Shown: positions 15,420 to 30,286, counted from the stretch's first letter. The stretch: DNA of 64,000 nucleotides from Octopus sinensis (GCF_006345805.1 NC_043006.1:80538001-80602000), one strand, 5' to 3'. Translations and numbers: made by a program. The notes: generated by a model not told the origin, from the letters alone.

Positions 15420-16404
15420 TTACCTTTAATTACCTTATATATTATTATAGAAGCTTATCGTATAGGTCGTAATTCTTGTTGTGTACTAATGAATTTAAGG
15501 AAAAATTATTTAATAATAATAAAATATTGGTTAATTAACTAGACGAGCGAAAAATTAAATGCAACCATAAATTACATTACTTATATAAGTTTAGCGATTT
15601 TTCCGTATATATAAAACACTTTATTATGTTACTAATTTGCTGTAGATATAATTTATCTACAGTATATAAATTAGCATGATATTATATGTTGTATATTACA
15701 TTATTTGAATACGTTTAAACTTGAATGTTTCTTAAATAAATGAATATATAATTTATTGAATATCTATCAATTATAGTAATATAAATTAATGTAACTATAT
15801 TATGAATATTTTACGCATTTTATTATTAATTTTTTCTACTTTAAATCTTCTACTAAATAGTAATTTATAGTTTTGTTTTTTGTTCTATTACTCTCTGATT
15901 CTAAAATCTTAAAGGTTATGAATTTCTTGTTAAAACAATATTGTTGAATTTTGTTTGGTTTTGATTGTAAACATATTGATTTCTATATTTTTATTTGTTA
16001 ATTATATGCTACGATACGTATATTTATTTACTTATTATTATTATTATTATTGTGTGAGAGAGCAGTGTATGCCATCAAAGTGACACTGGGGTAAAGTATA
16101 TGAAGCCCAATATATCCACCATGACTACCCGTCTGATAAGGGTACACCAGGCACATGCATCACAACATGTGAGCGACATGGTGATCTCATATCAAGATAA
16201 ACAGCACATGACCTTGCAGGTGGGGCCCAGTTAGAATTTTCTTCAGGTCGAGTAGCCCATCCCGCTCAAAAGGTCCCTGAATAAGGATTGTTTAAGGATG
16301 TTGAAAGAACCACCCATGTTTCCAGAGGTGAATTATTCAAACCCCAAAGAATCCCTCTCAACACATGGCTATGATGCTATTATTATTATTATTATTTTTT
16401 ATTA

Positions 16405-16499
<95 letters not shown>

Positions 16500-17637
16500 T
16501 TGTAAACTATAATCTTAACGTATTGCATATAATTTACATTGGGAAATAGTTTTGTAAGACAAAATCTTACCGAATAGGTAGTAATTGTTTTTACTTGTTA
16601 CGTAATATTGCATTTAAATAAATATTTTTGATAATTATAGAAACTTTGGTTAATTCTATAAATGAGTGAAATATTAAATCAATACATAAATTGAATTAAT
16701 CATATGATAAGTTTAACTAATATTTGTGTGTATATATTTGGAACATTTTTCTATTTTTAATTCTCGTAGTTATAATTTGTAGTAGTATTATATATATAAG
16801 TTAGCATATAGTTTTTTAGCATATATTACATAATTAGAATAAGATTTAAAATTAGATGTTTATTAAATAAATACATAAATAAATAATTTAATGGACATAG
16901 ATTAAATTATAGTATTTTAGCTTCACTTAATGTATATTATGTATTTTATAGATGTTGTTTTAAATATTTTGTTTTAATTACTTGTATTTTTATTTTCCAG
17001 TAATGATATACTCTTAAAGGTTACGTTCTTCTATTAAATAAAATATATTTTCATAGATAAAATAAATATTTCTATATATTTATTCTATTTTAATTTACAC
17101 CACGTTTTTAACGAGACAAATTTATTATAAACACTAGGACCTACGTATTACGTTTAAATACTTAGTTAACAGAATATATTCAATAAGATATTTCATATTT
17201 TTATTTTAAGATATAGTGTTGAATTTTGTTTGATTTTTTATTGTAAAATTACGTGTTTTATATATATTAATATTTTTTTAAAGATAATATACGTACATTT
17301 ATTTAATTATTTTATTGTTTTTATCTTGGCCCTGATGAGTGAATATATTTAAATTGAATTGATTTTATTGTTAACAATTTGAAAATATAGCCACGAAACA
17401 CAATATATATAATAAGTATTTATTATTTCGTACTTTATTTAGTTCTAGATTAATGTTTTATCGTCTCATTAACTTTTTTCTATATGGAATGATTTAAGTA
17501 TATCATTGTTGAATTGCTACATGGTGGTTCTTCTATAATTTATATACATAAATTATATATTGTGAAATTTGATTTAGAATTACTAAACTGAATTTTTCCC
17601 TGTAAGTTTTGAATCATATTACCTAATATTATTATGC

Positions 17638-17640
<3 letters not shown>
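15420..17640 (+). repeat. Very AT-rich decayed repeat ending in a degenerate hammerhead; probable Penelope-like relic
   Basis: Paralogous to ~40350-42215. Homologous in reverse orientation to ~55920-57130. Carries CTGATGAGTG...CCACGAAAC at 17332-17399. No readable ORF remains. Confidence 0.5.
16051..16380. mobile_element. Short interspersed repeat inserted in a (TAT)n tract, unit 1 only
   Basis: A GC-richer 330-bp block splits a (TAT)n run that is uninterrupted at the paralogous site ~41075-41125. Confidence 0.6.
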
Positions 17641-17708
<68 letters not shown>

Positions 17709-17943
17709 ACACACACACACACAGACACACACACATATACATATATATAAAGTTAATCCAAACATGAAAACACAAAGTGAAAATCCAACAATGCGAAGAC
17801 GTGGAACAAATATAGTATTATTGGACGCTCAGGAAGGAAGGAAAGAAGGAGGGTTTAACGTTTCAGAAACATAGGAAAAGGAAAGATCCACAGAAGGGAA
17901 GACGGAGGAAAAAAATCGCCAACGGTACACACACGGTCACATT

Positions 17944-18031
<88 letters not shown>

Positions 18032-18271
18032 CATACATATATATATGATAAATCGCAAAACACTACACCTTCTCTATTTTCTCTCCTCGTTTCTTTCTGT
18101 GTTCTTTTCTGTGGAAGATCGTAGGTTCGAAACGCCAAAGAATTTTTCACTTCCTGGGCTTTAAACTAATACATCTGTTTGTTGTCTACACCACCTGCCT
18201 TCGTCTTTTCTTGTAAATTCTCCGCCTATATTTATGTATATAGATATATATATATGTATATATATGTAATA

Positions 18272-18310
<39 letters not shown>

Positions 18311-19250
18311 TTAGATATACATATACTTAGAAACTTATAAGCAGTGTAAATATACATGAGATACATTCGAACTTTTAATCCATCCATGGTATTTTGTCAT
18401 AGAGTAAATTTCCCATTATAGACACATATAGGTGCAAGAGCACCACTTAAGTTCTCAGAGTCCCCTAACCAGGCTGATGGAATCATACATTTCGGAGTTG
18501 TTATTTCCGCCTCAGTGCCACATACTGGAAAGTAAAGTGTCACAAACTGACAAGCGAAAGGTATCTCTTGCTATATCTTATACATGAGAAACAGTGAACA
18601 TTTCAATCCAACTTTACACGGATATTCCCAGAAGCTGTGACGGGTGTATAAGCTATTTTTCAAACGATATCACGTAGGACCTTAGATGAATTGTGAAATC
18701 AACTGAGAAGAATTATCAGAGAATATTTGTTTCGTGTTAGAACTTTCTGCAAAGAATCGGTCAGCTGATCCTTTCTTTCCTTTCATCTGAATAATTCACC
18801 GGCCAATTATGATTTCTCAATGACTACTTTTGATTTGTATGTATTATGGATTTTCCCTCTCCCTAGATCTAACGAGTGAAACACTGATGGAAGCGACAAT
18901 TAGCATGGTATTCTCATGTTTGGTATACTCATATTTGATGTCGTTTTGAATTCTTACGTTGATCGATATACTACTTCATTGGACAAGCAGCAATCCAGAG
19001 GACGGTGGGATGGTTTGGGTGGAACTGTTTCTGTTACCAATTGAATAATGAATGACACCTCTAGGAGTTTGTTTTGGACTATATTTTTTGATTCGGGAAG
19101 CAATATTTTATAGAGAAATAACATACTTTAATGTGATGAGAGTTGAAGAGTTTATATGTATACCAAGTGGGTGGTAATTGGTGATTTATACGAGTTAGTT
19201 AAACACCTAACTTATATAGTGTAATAAGATGAAATCAATTAATTTCATAA

Positions 19251-21148
19251 TTAGGAATGCATTTTGTACCAACATTTGCAGCACGATTCTTTGAAATGGC
19301 GTCTAACGACTTTCGTTGACAAGAATGTAATACTAATTATTAAACCGACATAAGCATTCCCAATTAAGCTGATATAGTAAACGTCGTACACTTTGGCAAT
19401 TGCAAATATTGGTAATATATACCATGTTAATCCCATTATAAGGCTAAATTTAAAATAAACCATAATTCCTATATTATTACGTACCCCAAGATATTTTGAT
19501 GAGTTTTTCCTAGCTAAACAGAGACCCACGACTGTGACGATGAAAATCAATGCATTCATTGATAAAAGTGTTATCAGCGGAACTCCTTCGGAATTTCATT
19601 TCTATCATACCAACAAAAATATCCATCCGGATCTTCAGGAGAAATGGTCTGCAAATATATCAATGTTGCAATCACAATTATAAGTGGAGACATCCAAGCA
19701 TATAAGGAATAAAAGGTAAATCTCTTCCCTTGTTTTTGAACAATTGGAAACTTTATAATTCCTGAAAATGTGTATGAGGCGTCAAATGCTATAACATTCA
19801 TCCAAAAAGCAGACGCTAACACGAAATAATGCAACAATATATCACCTGCGTGACACACCAATCGACGTTTTATAACAATTCTGATGAAATATACAAACTC
19901 TGTTGCACACATTGAGAATAAAAGTCCAATGGTTAGTTTACCTGGTAATGTACGGAGTTCTGGTATACAGAAATAGACCGTAATAGTGATGATTAGAGCT
20001 ACACTGGAGGACCATATTCCCGTAATTAGAAGGTACACTTTAGGATCCATACCCACGTTTGTCCTATAATTATTTACACAAATACTAATACCTTGGGGAT
20101 CTCGAATGAATTCTGACTGGTTTAGCATTGTTCTGGAAGAATTCAGATAGATATATCCATCAAGAGTGAAAGAATACTCAGACTCTTTTAATCTTTCGGT
20201 GGTACAATTTACGATGAAACTAAAGTCAACTTGTCGGCATTCAATCTTCAGTTCGTCGTAAAGAAATCCAGGTGAACAATATGGCAATTCTTTCAAATAT
20301 ACTTTTTCATTATTTGCATTTAATAGTTCAACTGTGTTATGATTATAGTTAAATATTGCTATTTGTCTGTACTCCTTCTTTCCATGTGATATCTTTGAAG
20401 GGATCGTCACGTTGCACTCAATATTATTAATACCAATACCGTTACAAATTGCGCAGTGAATGTTTCTAAAACTAGTCCCATTTGATCTGACAATAGCCAT
20501 TGGTTCAAACATACAAGGAGAATCTAAAGATGCATTGGTAAATTTTGTGGGACAACTTGAAACATAATCAGTGCATGGATATTGGTAATCGCTAAAGTTC
20601 AATGGCGCTTCTATCGATACATTACAATGATTATTTCTCAATATGCGAGGGAAGTTTGATAAATCTATATCTATCTGATGATTGCATTTGTAGTGAACTG
20701 TCCATAATATGTATTCTTCACCGTTGCACAGAGCACAGAACAAATTCCTGTAAAGTCTTTTAGTTCGTTTTCCCAGAGCAGGTATGTTGTATAATTGGTC
20801 ATTCTCATTCGGTGTTTCACAATAGGTAAGGTGTTCTGTAATTGAATATTCGCTTGGACATCGATCAAAGAGAAAATAGCTCTCTGATTTATTATCACTA
20901 ATTTTCCTGCAATTATAATCCACTGATGAGGTTCCATGGTCACTTATTGTTTCATTAATTACGTCTGAACAACATTCATTATATAGATTACAATATTTAT
21001 GACAAGAGCATCTTCTTTGCAAACTTTCTGTATCACAAAGTGAAGGATAGCATTCAATATATTTCACCGAGCAATATGAAAGCCGGATAACGTGGTCTCC
21101 AAAAGCTATCAGCAGTATGTGTAAGAGATTCCAGAAATGATGTTTCAT
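19251..21148 (-). pseudogene. SMB-ectodomain family-B/Methuselah-like GPCR, copy 1a, frameshifted before TM5
   Basis: ORFs 19574-21220 and 19251-19559 together align with the intact 43284-45188 gene. The 10-bp segment aagaagccac (+ strand) is missing between 19586 and 19587. Confidence 0.9.
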
Positions 21149-21699
21149 GCTGAATATATATTTTATAGAGCCACCTATAATTTGAAAGTTGTTATGACTC
21201 ATTATATTTGCAACATCCAAAATTTGATTTAGTTCATGGTATATTCAGACTATATTTCTGTTAGCAAATATGGACATATAATTAAGATTTACTAAATAAT
21301 ATGAGGATGAACTGTTGAGTGAATTACGTCGCTACTGTTGTCTCTGTTAAAAGAAAGAAAGAATACATTAAGATTTTTTTTAACAAGTAATATATTAATG
21401 TTTAATTTTTAATATTTTCTAATAGATGCATTGTTTGTTTCAGAATATTTTATAATATGCTACTTCTTTTAAGGCTGTTTCAATATTTTATGCCTATATA
21501 TCTGATAATCGAAACGATAGAAGTTCAATGGAATTGTATAAAATAAATATGGTTTTTGAGAATATTTTTGTTTTTCATACGTGAAATATTTTGCTTCCAT
21601 ATTACCGTCCATGGACGCTTATTATAGGTGGGCGGTTTTTTAAGCCCGAAAATAGTTTTGTAAAATAGTATTTTCCGTTTAACAGCCCTGGGCGGATTT

Positions 21700-22390
21700 T
21701 CGGAAAATCATGAGTATTTGCACCCATCCATTCTATGAGTGACAAATCACAGTGTGGAAAATTGTGAATTGGCAGCAAATCGGTGCAGACGATCCAGAAG
21801 ATCGATACCTGACATTTATTCCTAGAGGGCTAACCTTAGCAAAAGCATGAGTAAAAGTATCAAGAAAAAGTTGGGGCAAGGATGTCACCCTGCTTGACAC
21901 TATTCTCTACAGGAATCGTTCCGGCCATGCCACTACCAACATTGGCCCAAGCCTCTATCCCATCATGAAATGATTTAATTAAAGATACAAAGTGATACGG
22001 GCATCCAAGTTTGCCAAGTATTTTCCATAGTAATGCCCTATTTACAGTATCAGTGGTTTGGTTAAATCAATGAATACTTGGACAAGACCTATATTCTGCT
22101 AACAACATTTCTCCTGCATCTGTCTTGCTGTGAAAATAATATCCATTGTTCCTTTACCAGATCAGAAACCAGAATGAGATTCAGATAGATCATTTGCGAG
22201 GCACCCGTTGAGGCGGGTAAAAAGAATACTTGTCAGAACCTTGCCGGCAGGTGATAGTAGAGCAATACATCTGTAGTTACCACACATTTTTCTGGTTCCT
22301 TTTCCTTTATAGAGAGGAAGAATAATAGCATCCTTCCAATCCTTAGGCATTGCACCATATCCACCAGACTACACTAATAGGCTCATGAAG
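21700..22390 (-). mobile_element. RTE-clade LINE RT fragment
   Basis: PKDWKDAIILPLYKGKG..CGNYRCIALLSPAGKVL, GTMDIIFTARQ.QEKC, VFIDLTK and QGDILAPTFF-like segments. The paralog is at 45700-46330. Confidence 0.85.
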
Positions 22391-22861
22391 GGACTGTATT
22401 ATGTAATCACAACAAAATCGTGAGTGGCAATCAAATGATTCAAGCAACCAAAATTAATGAAGCTTGTAACTACAGTTTACTTTTGGATTTTCCTTCTCTT
22501 TTGATGTACTATGTAGAAACATTGAATGAAGCGGCAATTTAATAGTGTTTCCATTTAACTAAGTACACTCGGTTTTGAGGTTTTGATTGTTGGGTAACTG
22601 TATATTAGTTAGGCATCACTCTTGAGGGTGAAAGCGGCGTATATTTTTCGGCTACAAATTGATTGAGGAATGATGTTTGCGGTATTTGTGTTCGGGTATA
22701 TTATTTCGTAGCGGGAGCATTATTTTTAATGGAGAAATAACATAAAAACAATATAACTTTTGACTGTTGAGGTTTTTTATGGTATTCTGAGCGTGTAGTA
22801 ACAGATCCGTTAGGTGTAGTAAAAACTTGACTATACTTGTGATTTGTGTGCGGTGAAATGA

Positions 22862-24708
22862 TTAAATCAAATTCATTTCATGAATATTATTTTGTTTCGT
22901 GAAATAATTTGCAGCATGCTTGTTTGAAATGACGTCTAACGGCTTTCGTTGATAAAATGTAATACAAATTATTAAACCGACATAATAATTTAATGTGAAG
23001 CATATAGTGATTGCGTCATGCATATAGGCATAGCCAAATATTGGTATAAAAACCCAAGTGAAACCCATAATAAGGCTTAGTTTAAAATAAATCATAAATC
23101 CTGTTTTCTTACGTAGTCCAAGATATTTTGATGAGCTTTTTCTAGCTAAATAAAGACATATGACGGTAATGAAAAACATCAACGTATTAATTGATAAAAT
23201 TGTTATTATGGGAAATGCAAAAAGCCACTTGGAAATCCTGTCCTTAAGATAACAAAGAATATATTCACGCGGAGTTTTAGGGGAAATGTTCAGCGAAAAT
23301 AGCAGTGCCACTATCACAATTGCAAGTGGAGTTATCCAAGCATATAAAGAATAGAAGATAAACCACTTCCCTTGTCTTCCTGCAACTGGAAATTTTATAA
23401 TTCCTGAGAACGTGTACAAGGCATCAAATGATATGACATTCATCCAGAGGACTGGTGTTAGTATTAAATAAAGCATCAATGGCTGTAATACAAAGCATGG
23501 TATTTGAATTTTAGCAAACATGATGATGAAAAAAAAAATTCGATTGCAAGCATGGAGAACAACAGTCCCATGATTAGTTTACCTGGTAATGTACGGAGTT
23601 CTGGTATAAAGAGATAGACTGTAATAGTTATGAATATTGCTACAGCGGAGGACAATAATCCGATAATCATCGGAAAAAAAATCACCTAATTGCCCTCCTG
23701 TCTCATGATCATTTACACAGATACTTATGCTTTGAGGATCGCGACTGAACTCTGACTGGTTTAGCCATGTCTGTGAAGAATTCAGATAGAGAAACCCATC
23801 ACTAGTAAAATGATATTCCGATTAATCTAGTCATTTGGTTGCACAATTTAACACGGAATTAAATTCAACTCGTCGGCATTTAATAATTCAACCATCTTAT
23901 TAATGTAATTAAATATTGCTTCGAAAGTATATACTTCTATTTCATATGTCATTTCTCTAGAGACAGTTATGTTACATTCAGTATCATTAATATCAACACT
24001 GTTACAGATGGCGCAGTGAATATTTCTGAAATTTGTTCCATTTGATCTTACCATAGACATTGGTTCAAACATGCAAGAAGACACTAAAGATGCATTGGTA
24101 ACCTTTAGGGGACAGCTTGAAACATAATCTGTACAGGGATATTGGTAATCTTTAAAGTTAAATGGAGCTTCAATCGATACATTATAATGATTATTTCTCA
24201 ACATTTGAGAGAAGAGTGATAAATCTATATTCATCCTATGTTTACATTTGTAGTGAACTGTCCATAATATGTATTCCTCTCCGTTACACAGAGCACAGAA
24301 CAAATTCCTGTAAAGTCTTTTAGTTTTTTTTCCCAAAGCAGTTATGTTGTATAATCGGTCATTCTCGTCTGGTGTTTCACAATAAGTAAAGTGCTCCGTA
24401 ACTGAATGGTCGCTTGGACAGCAGTCAAACAAAAAGTAACTATCTGATTTATTATCGTTAATTTTTCTGCAGCTATAATCTGTTGACATTGTTCCATGTT
24501 CAATTATCGTTTCGCTGATCACGTCTGAACAGCATTCTTTATATAGAATACAATACTGATGACAAGAACATCTTTGATGCAAACTTTCAGCATCACAAGT
24601 TGAAGGAGAACATTCGAGATTTTCTACCAAACAATATGACTGTTTAATGATTTCGTTCGCAACAGCAACAAAACAAATCTGAAAGAGATTCCCGAAGTGG
24701 TGTACCAT
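22862..24708 (-). pseudogene. SMB-ectodomain GPCR, paralog 2a, disrupted
   Basis: Three ORF pieces (23848-24708, 23476-23685, 22862-23521) cover the signal peptide, SMB-like domain, YRNLFCALCN and FRNIHCAICN repeats, and the 7TM. There is a 79-bp deletion at 23876-23880 relative to 2b plus homopolymer frameshifts. Confidence 0.88.
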
Positions 24709-25562
24709 GTTGAATATTAATGTTGAATTCTCAAGTAGCCACCTATAATTTCAAATAATTTACACAACGAATTAACATTATATTTGATTTAATGTCAATA
24801 TATATTGAGACTATTTCTTCTTGAAATAGTAACAAGATATTCCATTGAATGAATCGTTTAATAACTGTTGCATCTGTAAAAGATAAAAAAAAAACAAAAG
24901 CAACAAATAAACGAACACCGTATTAAGATGATGTTTAACAAAATTTACAAAGGAAGCAGTATAATAAGGAAGAAAACTTGATATCAACTAACATTATAAC
25001 GGAATTTCGTAAATATACATACTAGGCAAGAACGCAAAAAACGTTTTATATATTTTAAACAAAATTCGTAAGGTAAAATTTGAAATTAAATCATTTCGTA
25101 ATGGTACTAAAGACGTAAGTAGTAAATGTGGAAAACATTGGATGATTATGGTGACTTTAAATGGGATTTGTTTTTCGATTCTGTGGCTTCATCTCCGTGT
25201 TGAAATATTTGTTGTTTGTATTCTTTTCAATTCTCAGGCCCGTCTCATATAACTTTACAGCATAACGGGAGAAAACTCGCCGTTACAAGTCCAGGAACCT
25301 AAATGTTTGAATTTCCAATGGATGTTCTCATATCATAACTAATAACGAGTTGAGAATTTGCAAAACAAATACACATCACTGAATATAAGGGAAGTGCGAC
25401 AGCAACAATAGCGATACCGTGGTCATCTTTTCCACGTCGTTGCTAAGCAGCATGCTCATTATTGTGCACCCTGTGAATACACTTTAAGCCTATTTTGAGT
25501 ATGACGAGATAATTACGAATAATAATTCTGCACACACAGAGACACTACATATATATATTTAT

Positions 25563-25620
<58 letters not shown>

Positions 25621-25624
25621 GTAT

Positions 25625-25701
<77 letters not shown>

Positions 25702-25713
25702 TATATATATATG

Positions 25714-25779
<66 letters not shown>

Positions 25780-25780
25780 C

Positions 25781-25835
<55 letters not shown>

Positions 25836-25850
25836 TATATACATACATGT

Positions 25851-26154
25851 GGAGGCGCAATGACCCATTGGTTAGTGCAGCGGACTTGCGGTCGCAGGAT
25901 CGCGGCTTCGATTCCCAGACCGGGCATTGTAAGTGTTTATTGAGCGAAAACACCTAAAAGCTCCACGACGTTCCGGCAGGGAGTGGTGATCCTGCTGTAC
26001 TCTTTCACCACTCTTTCTCCCACTCTTTCTTCTGTTGGCCTGCTCGTTTAGCCATTGGGGTGGCGTCATTCGAAGGCTAAATCAATGCTAACGCATCGTG
26101 ACCAGCGATGTGCAACAACATCTGATGGTCTGATCGGTCACGTGATCACGTGAT
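25851..26154 (+). mobile_element. tRNA-derived SINE, near full length
   Basis: ggaggcgcaatgacccattggttagtgcagcggacttgcggtcgcaggatcgcggcttcgattcccagacc head. The first ~160 bp match 10626-10790. Confidence 0.85.
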
Positions 26155-26598
26155 ATACACACATATATACGCATATATATACATATAATTATGTATATAG
26201 ATTTGTTACGACGTCAATAAATTTAGTTCTATATGACTAAAAATCACATCATTTTCATGCTCAAGTAATAAGTAGAGGTTGTAAGTGTAGTGTGGATGAT
26301 ATTCACGATTTCGCCTGACCACCACTAGCATAGCCGGAGTGTTTACATCATTGTTAACAGTTAGAAAAAGCAGAAACAAAAAAAAAAGATAAGCAAGAAG
26401 CAACACACTTTTGCACATTCTTATCAGTGGAATATTTGCCAAGTTGAATTACTTACCATAGCTTCAGATGAAGTTGTTCGCGTGTAAATAAGGCTCCATT
26501 GTTAAACAACAAATCTTACTCTGTTCAAGTAAGTGAAACACAATACATATATTCATTTTCGCACGCGCTCACGCATACACGTAACCATATACATACAC

Positions 26599-26645
<47 letters not shown>

Positions 26646-27721
26646 TATATATAAGCGTGTGTATGATAAAATACATTCATAAATACACACATGTGGATAT
26701 AGATATGTGTGTGTGCGTGTGTGTATTTGTTCGTGTATGTGCATTCACGCATGTGTTTGTGAGTGTAGTGTATTATTTTCTGTACCGCTTTACCTTAATA
26801 TTTGAATATTTGATATTTGTCATTTACATTTTCCTAGAAACGGCTACAACTATTTCAGATACCGCGACCATGTATATTGTAATATTTTGCATTTTGCATT
26901 GCATCGTCTGCAGATGGTCTGAACGTATAACTTTTGACTAGCATACCAGAGAATCATTTATAAACTGCAAATTCACGCCTGTGCACCACAAAAATATACG
27001 GATAGTATACTTTGAAAACGGTGCTGAAATTTCATTTCAAAGCATTACATAAGAAAAAACATTTGAATACAAGAATTTATAACGAACAGTTACCATTAAG
27101 TAAATAATATCTAATTTACCTGATAGAAAACGTAATTGATAACCTCATGAAGCTTTGAAAAGTCGGAGAATTAAGTGATTCCAAGAGTAAAATTTGTTAA
27201 TTTTCCTGATTTGTGTATTCTATATATTTCAGTTCTGCTAAATACTTCTGACGGCTGCTGCAGTAATGGTTGTTTTTATAAGTTTTGCAATTTGCAAAAT
27301 AAAGAAAACGGAAAATATATTTCAACCAATTGAGGTGCGTTACGTCATTAAACGTTATTGTAGTTAGATAGTATTTTCCTTTACATTATTTTATATTATT
27401 CCATTTTTATTAATTGTCAATTATTAACAATTTGATATGATTATCCCATATATTACAAAATAATTGTAGTAAAATGATTTTACTAGCCAGGGATAATTAG
27501 TTATGCTAATAGCTATACCAATTATCAAATGTACGACATAAAATATTTTATTGCTCCACAAAGTTTTGCTGTATCTCGATAGCGCTTCTTTGGAGGTTCT
27601 GGTTCAATTCCAGTAATATACTGTTTAATCCGAATTTAGCTTAAATTTTTTTTTTTTTTAAGTTAATAAATTTCCAGATGTTGGGGTGACGAGACCCAAC
27701 TTGAGTTTTGAATGTTCGGTG

Positions 27722-28790
27722 CTATTCTTGGATAAAGTTATGTGTTTCGGGAAAATCATCTAGAACTCTTAAATAAATATTCCACATATTTAGTGGGGAA
27801 GAGAGGTAGGCGTCGCACATCCCATCTTTTAGACCTTGCAATCCACGTATCATCCAAATAATCAATGATTGTTTGCGCTTCATCCTAGAAGGTGTTGTTA
27901 TCAAATAATAACTCAAATGCTCTTTTTGCCCTACCTGCTGGACAAATGCTAATGCCGGTAACATCCTCATCACTAAAGCAAAATTAGGGTCTATTTCATA
28001 TTTTCGTTTTAAACAATTACTTTGAATTACAGGAAAGACACATTGGCTGAAGAGGAAAAAGCAAACGTTTTGTTCTGCACAAGGAAATTCTTTCAAAAAT
28101 GCTTTCATCATCGCTTTCTCAAAAGCGATCGTTATTGACAATGGTGCACATGTTGGTTCAAAATTTTTTATCTCCTGCAAAAACGTTATATATGTTTCTT
28201 CTGTTTTGCCCGGCAATAACAAAAACACGAACGGCAGCAAAACTTTCCCTTTTAATCCATGTAGGGTATATAACTGGTGAAACACTGTACATTAAGCCGC
28301 AAATATCACAATACGCTTTTCGACTGGTCCTGAGTCATAAAGTAGAAATTGACCACCTTTAAAAGATTTAGTAATTTCAGGTGAGAATACTATTTTACTG
28401 CAAGTTGGTGGTAAGGCCGGTCCAATAAGGGTTTGTTGCCTTATAGATCTTATTGTTCTTTTACTGCTTAGCATTTTTGGTAGTTTGCAGGCAACAACTT
28501 GATCACAGTCATCCAGAACAGTAGATACAAATGAACCGGGTGCATGTTGTGTTGATTTGGCCAGTTAAATTATCTTTGAAATGGCGTCTTTTGCTGCAAT
28601 GTCAGCGGCGCCCTATATACGATCATGGTCGTTGGTTGACTTCACGATTTCATCCTATACAGTAAATAATTACTGTAAAGGCATTATGTTGTTGGATATT
28701 TTTCGCACTTCCAATAAACATGTTCACCATGTTCATAGTATGTCCATTATCATCCAACTTGTTACGCCTTTTTTCTGATTCAGTAAATGC
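27722..28790 (-). mobile_element. FLYWCH-MULE (Mutator-like) transposase pseudogene
   Basis: FHQLYTLHG...LPFVFLLLPGKTEETY, ITIAFEKA (DFE motif with D>A), CFFLFSQC, NFALVMRMLPALAF. Upstream are FLLYDSG and a frameshifted YWKCEKY...IVKSTNDH (FLYWCH-like). Confidence 0.88.
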
Positions 28791-28921
28791 ATCAGTCGTC
28801 TTTAGTTATGTGTGTTTTCCCTGTGAATAATTCCAAATAAGAATTGTTTTATTACGAAAATATTTTTCTTAGTAAACAGCCATTTTTATTCCACTTAATA
28901 GTAAACATCTAGTTTTATTCG

Positions 28922-29150
28922 ATACTAGCAGTATTGCCCGGCGTTGCTCGGGTTTGTTTTGTTTTCGACCCTTTAGAATTGGAATTTTTGAAAAGTAAAC
29001 CTTTTGCTTTATACAGCTTGTTACGTGAACATTTTCCTGGTTGAAATAGACCAAAAATAGCGACACAGCAGTGGAAAATCGTAAAAAATACGGATTATCA
29101 TAGAAAAAACAACTTTTGACGTAAATAACTTTTGGTCTTAACATGGTCCC
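28922..29150 (+). mobile_element. Non-autonomous Helitron/Helentron-like element terminus
   Basis: tactagcagtattgcccggcgttgctcggg begins exactly where homology to unit 2 ends. Related termini occur on the minus strand at ~7490-7520, ~35100-35130 and ~32245-32275. Confidence 0.45.
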
Positions 29151-29572
29151 ATTGAATTTTCCCTTTTACGAAATGAAGAGCAAGCCTTCTTCTATGATAC
29201 TCTCTGTTAGTGGTATAACCCAGTAGTAGTACTGTCTGTGGAATCATCTTTAATGGTCAAGTGACTTAAACGTGACCTGTTGCTATATGTCTACATTCAA
29301 GAACTGAACTTTTTGGTTAATTCCCATATTTGGCTAAATAGTTGTTACGTTTTTGGTCCCCACTAGATCACAAAAAGAAAATACTTTTTATATTGTTTCC
29401 ACGTACAAGTATTTTATCTCTCTATATTTTACATGTATTTACATGTATTTATCTCTCTATATTTTACATGTATTTATATATATTTTTATATATTTTTATT
29501 GTTTTATATATTCTTACATATTCTTTCAGTATTTTACCTTTCATTCTGCATTTTTGTCTATTTGTGTATATA

Positions 29573-30286
29573 GAAGTGTATATGAACATATTTGTGCGTG
29601 TATGGGTATATACGTGTGTGTGTGCGTGTGTGCGAGTATGTATATGTGTACATGCGTATGGTTGCATATATATATATGGGTATACATCCATATGTTTCAC
29701 ACGAGAGTGAGTGAGAAAATGCACATATAACGTGTGCGTATTTAGATGTATATATCAATATAGTTGTGCGAGTATGGGTATGTGCACGCGTGTGCGTGTG
29801 TGCGGATATGTATATGTGTACATGTGTATGGTTGCATATATATGTGCACATATAGACGTGTGTTTGAGTGTGCTTGAATGTGTTTCACGCACGTGCTGGT
29901 GTGCTTATGCATAGCGGCACATGTACGTGGGTGTGCGTGCGGACATGTGTATGTATGTACATGCGCTCATACGTGAATTCTATGATCCTTTTTACTTTTT
30001 TACTTCCTCCCCTTCGCGTTTTTTCGCTTTATTTAACGGTCATTCTAATAACTATTTTGTTTGACTTAATAACGGTCATGGTAATTTCCATTTGTTTAAC
30101 GGTCATTTTCATAGAATATTTTGATTGTCTTAATAACTGACGAGATGCTAGAGCAGTTTCCACACCGATGTACGAAACTTGGAGTTTAGTTATGGCAACC
30201 GATTAATTGTCATATATTATATTACAGATAAATTCCTCCATTTACATAATATCGAGGTTTCATTCATTTTATTGTTGTCATACCAT

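Noticed and set aside
18095-18145. cttttctgtggaagatcgtaggttcgaaacgccaaag as a hammerhead
   Set aside because: GAAAC and possible stem I pairing are present, but the core and cleavage triplet do not fit. At best it is a decayed remnant.
21149-21220. 24-aa N-terminal extension of GPCR 1a in the ORF track
   Set aside because: It starts at TTG, the paralog has an in-frame stop in the same region, and the signal peptide begins at MKHHF.
26206-26442. ORF resembling a type II membrane protein N-terminus
   Set aside because: It has a non-ATG start, the hydrophobic stretch arises from a T-run, and part of it resembles the SINE body (gatgtaaacac...).
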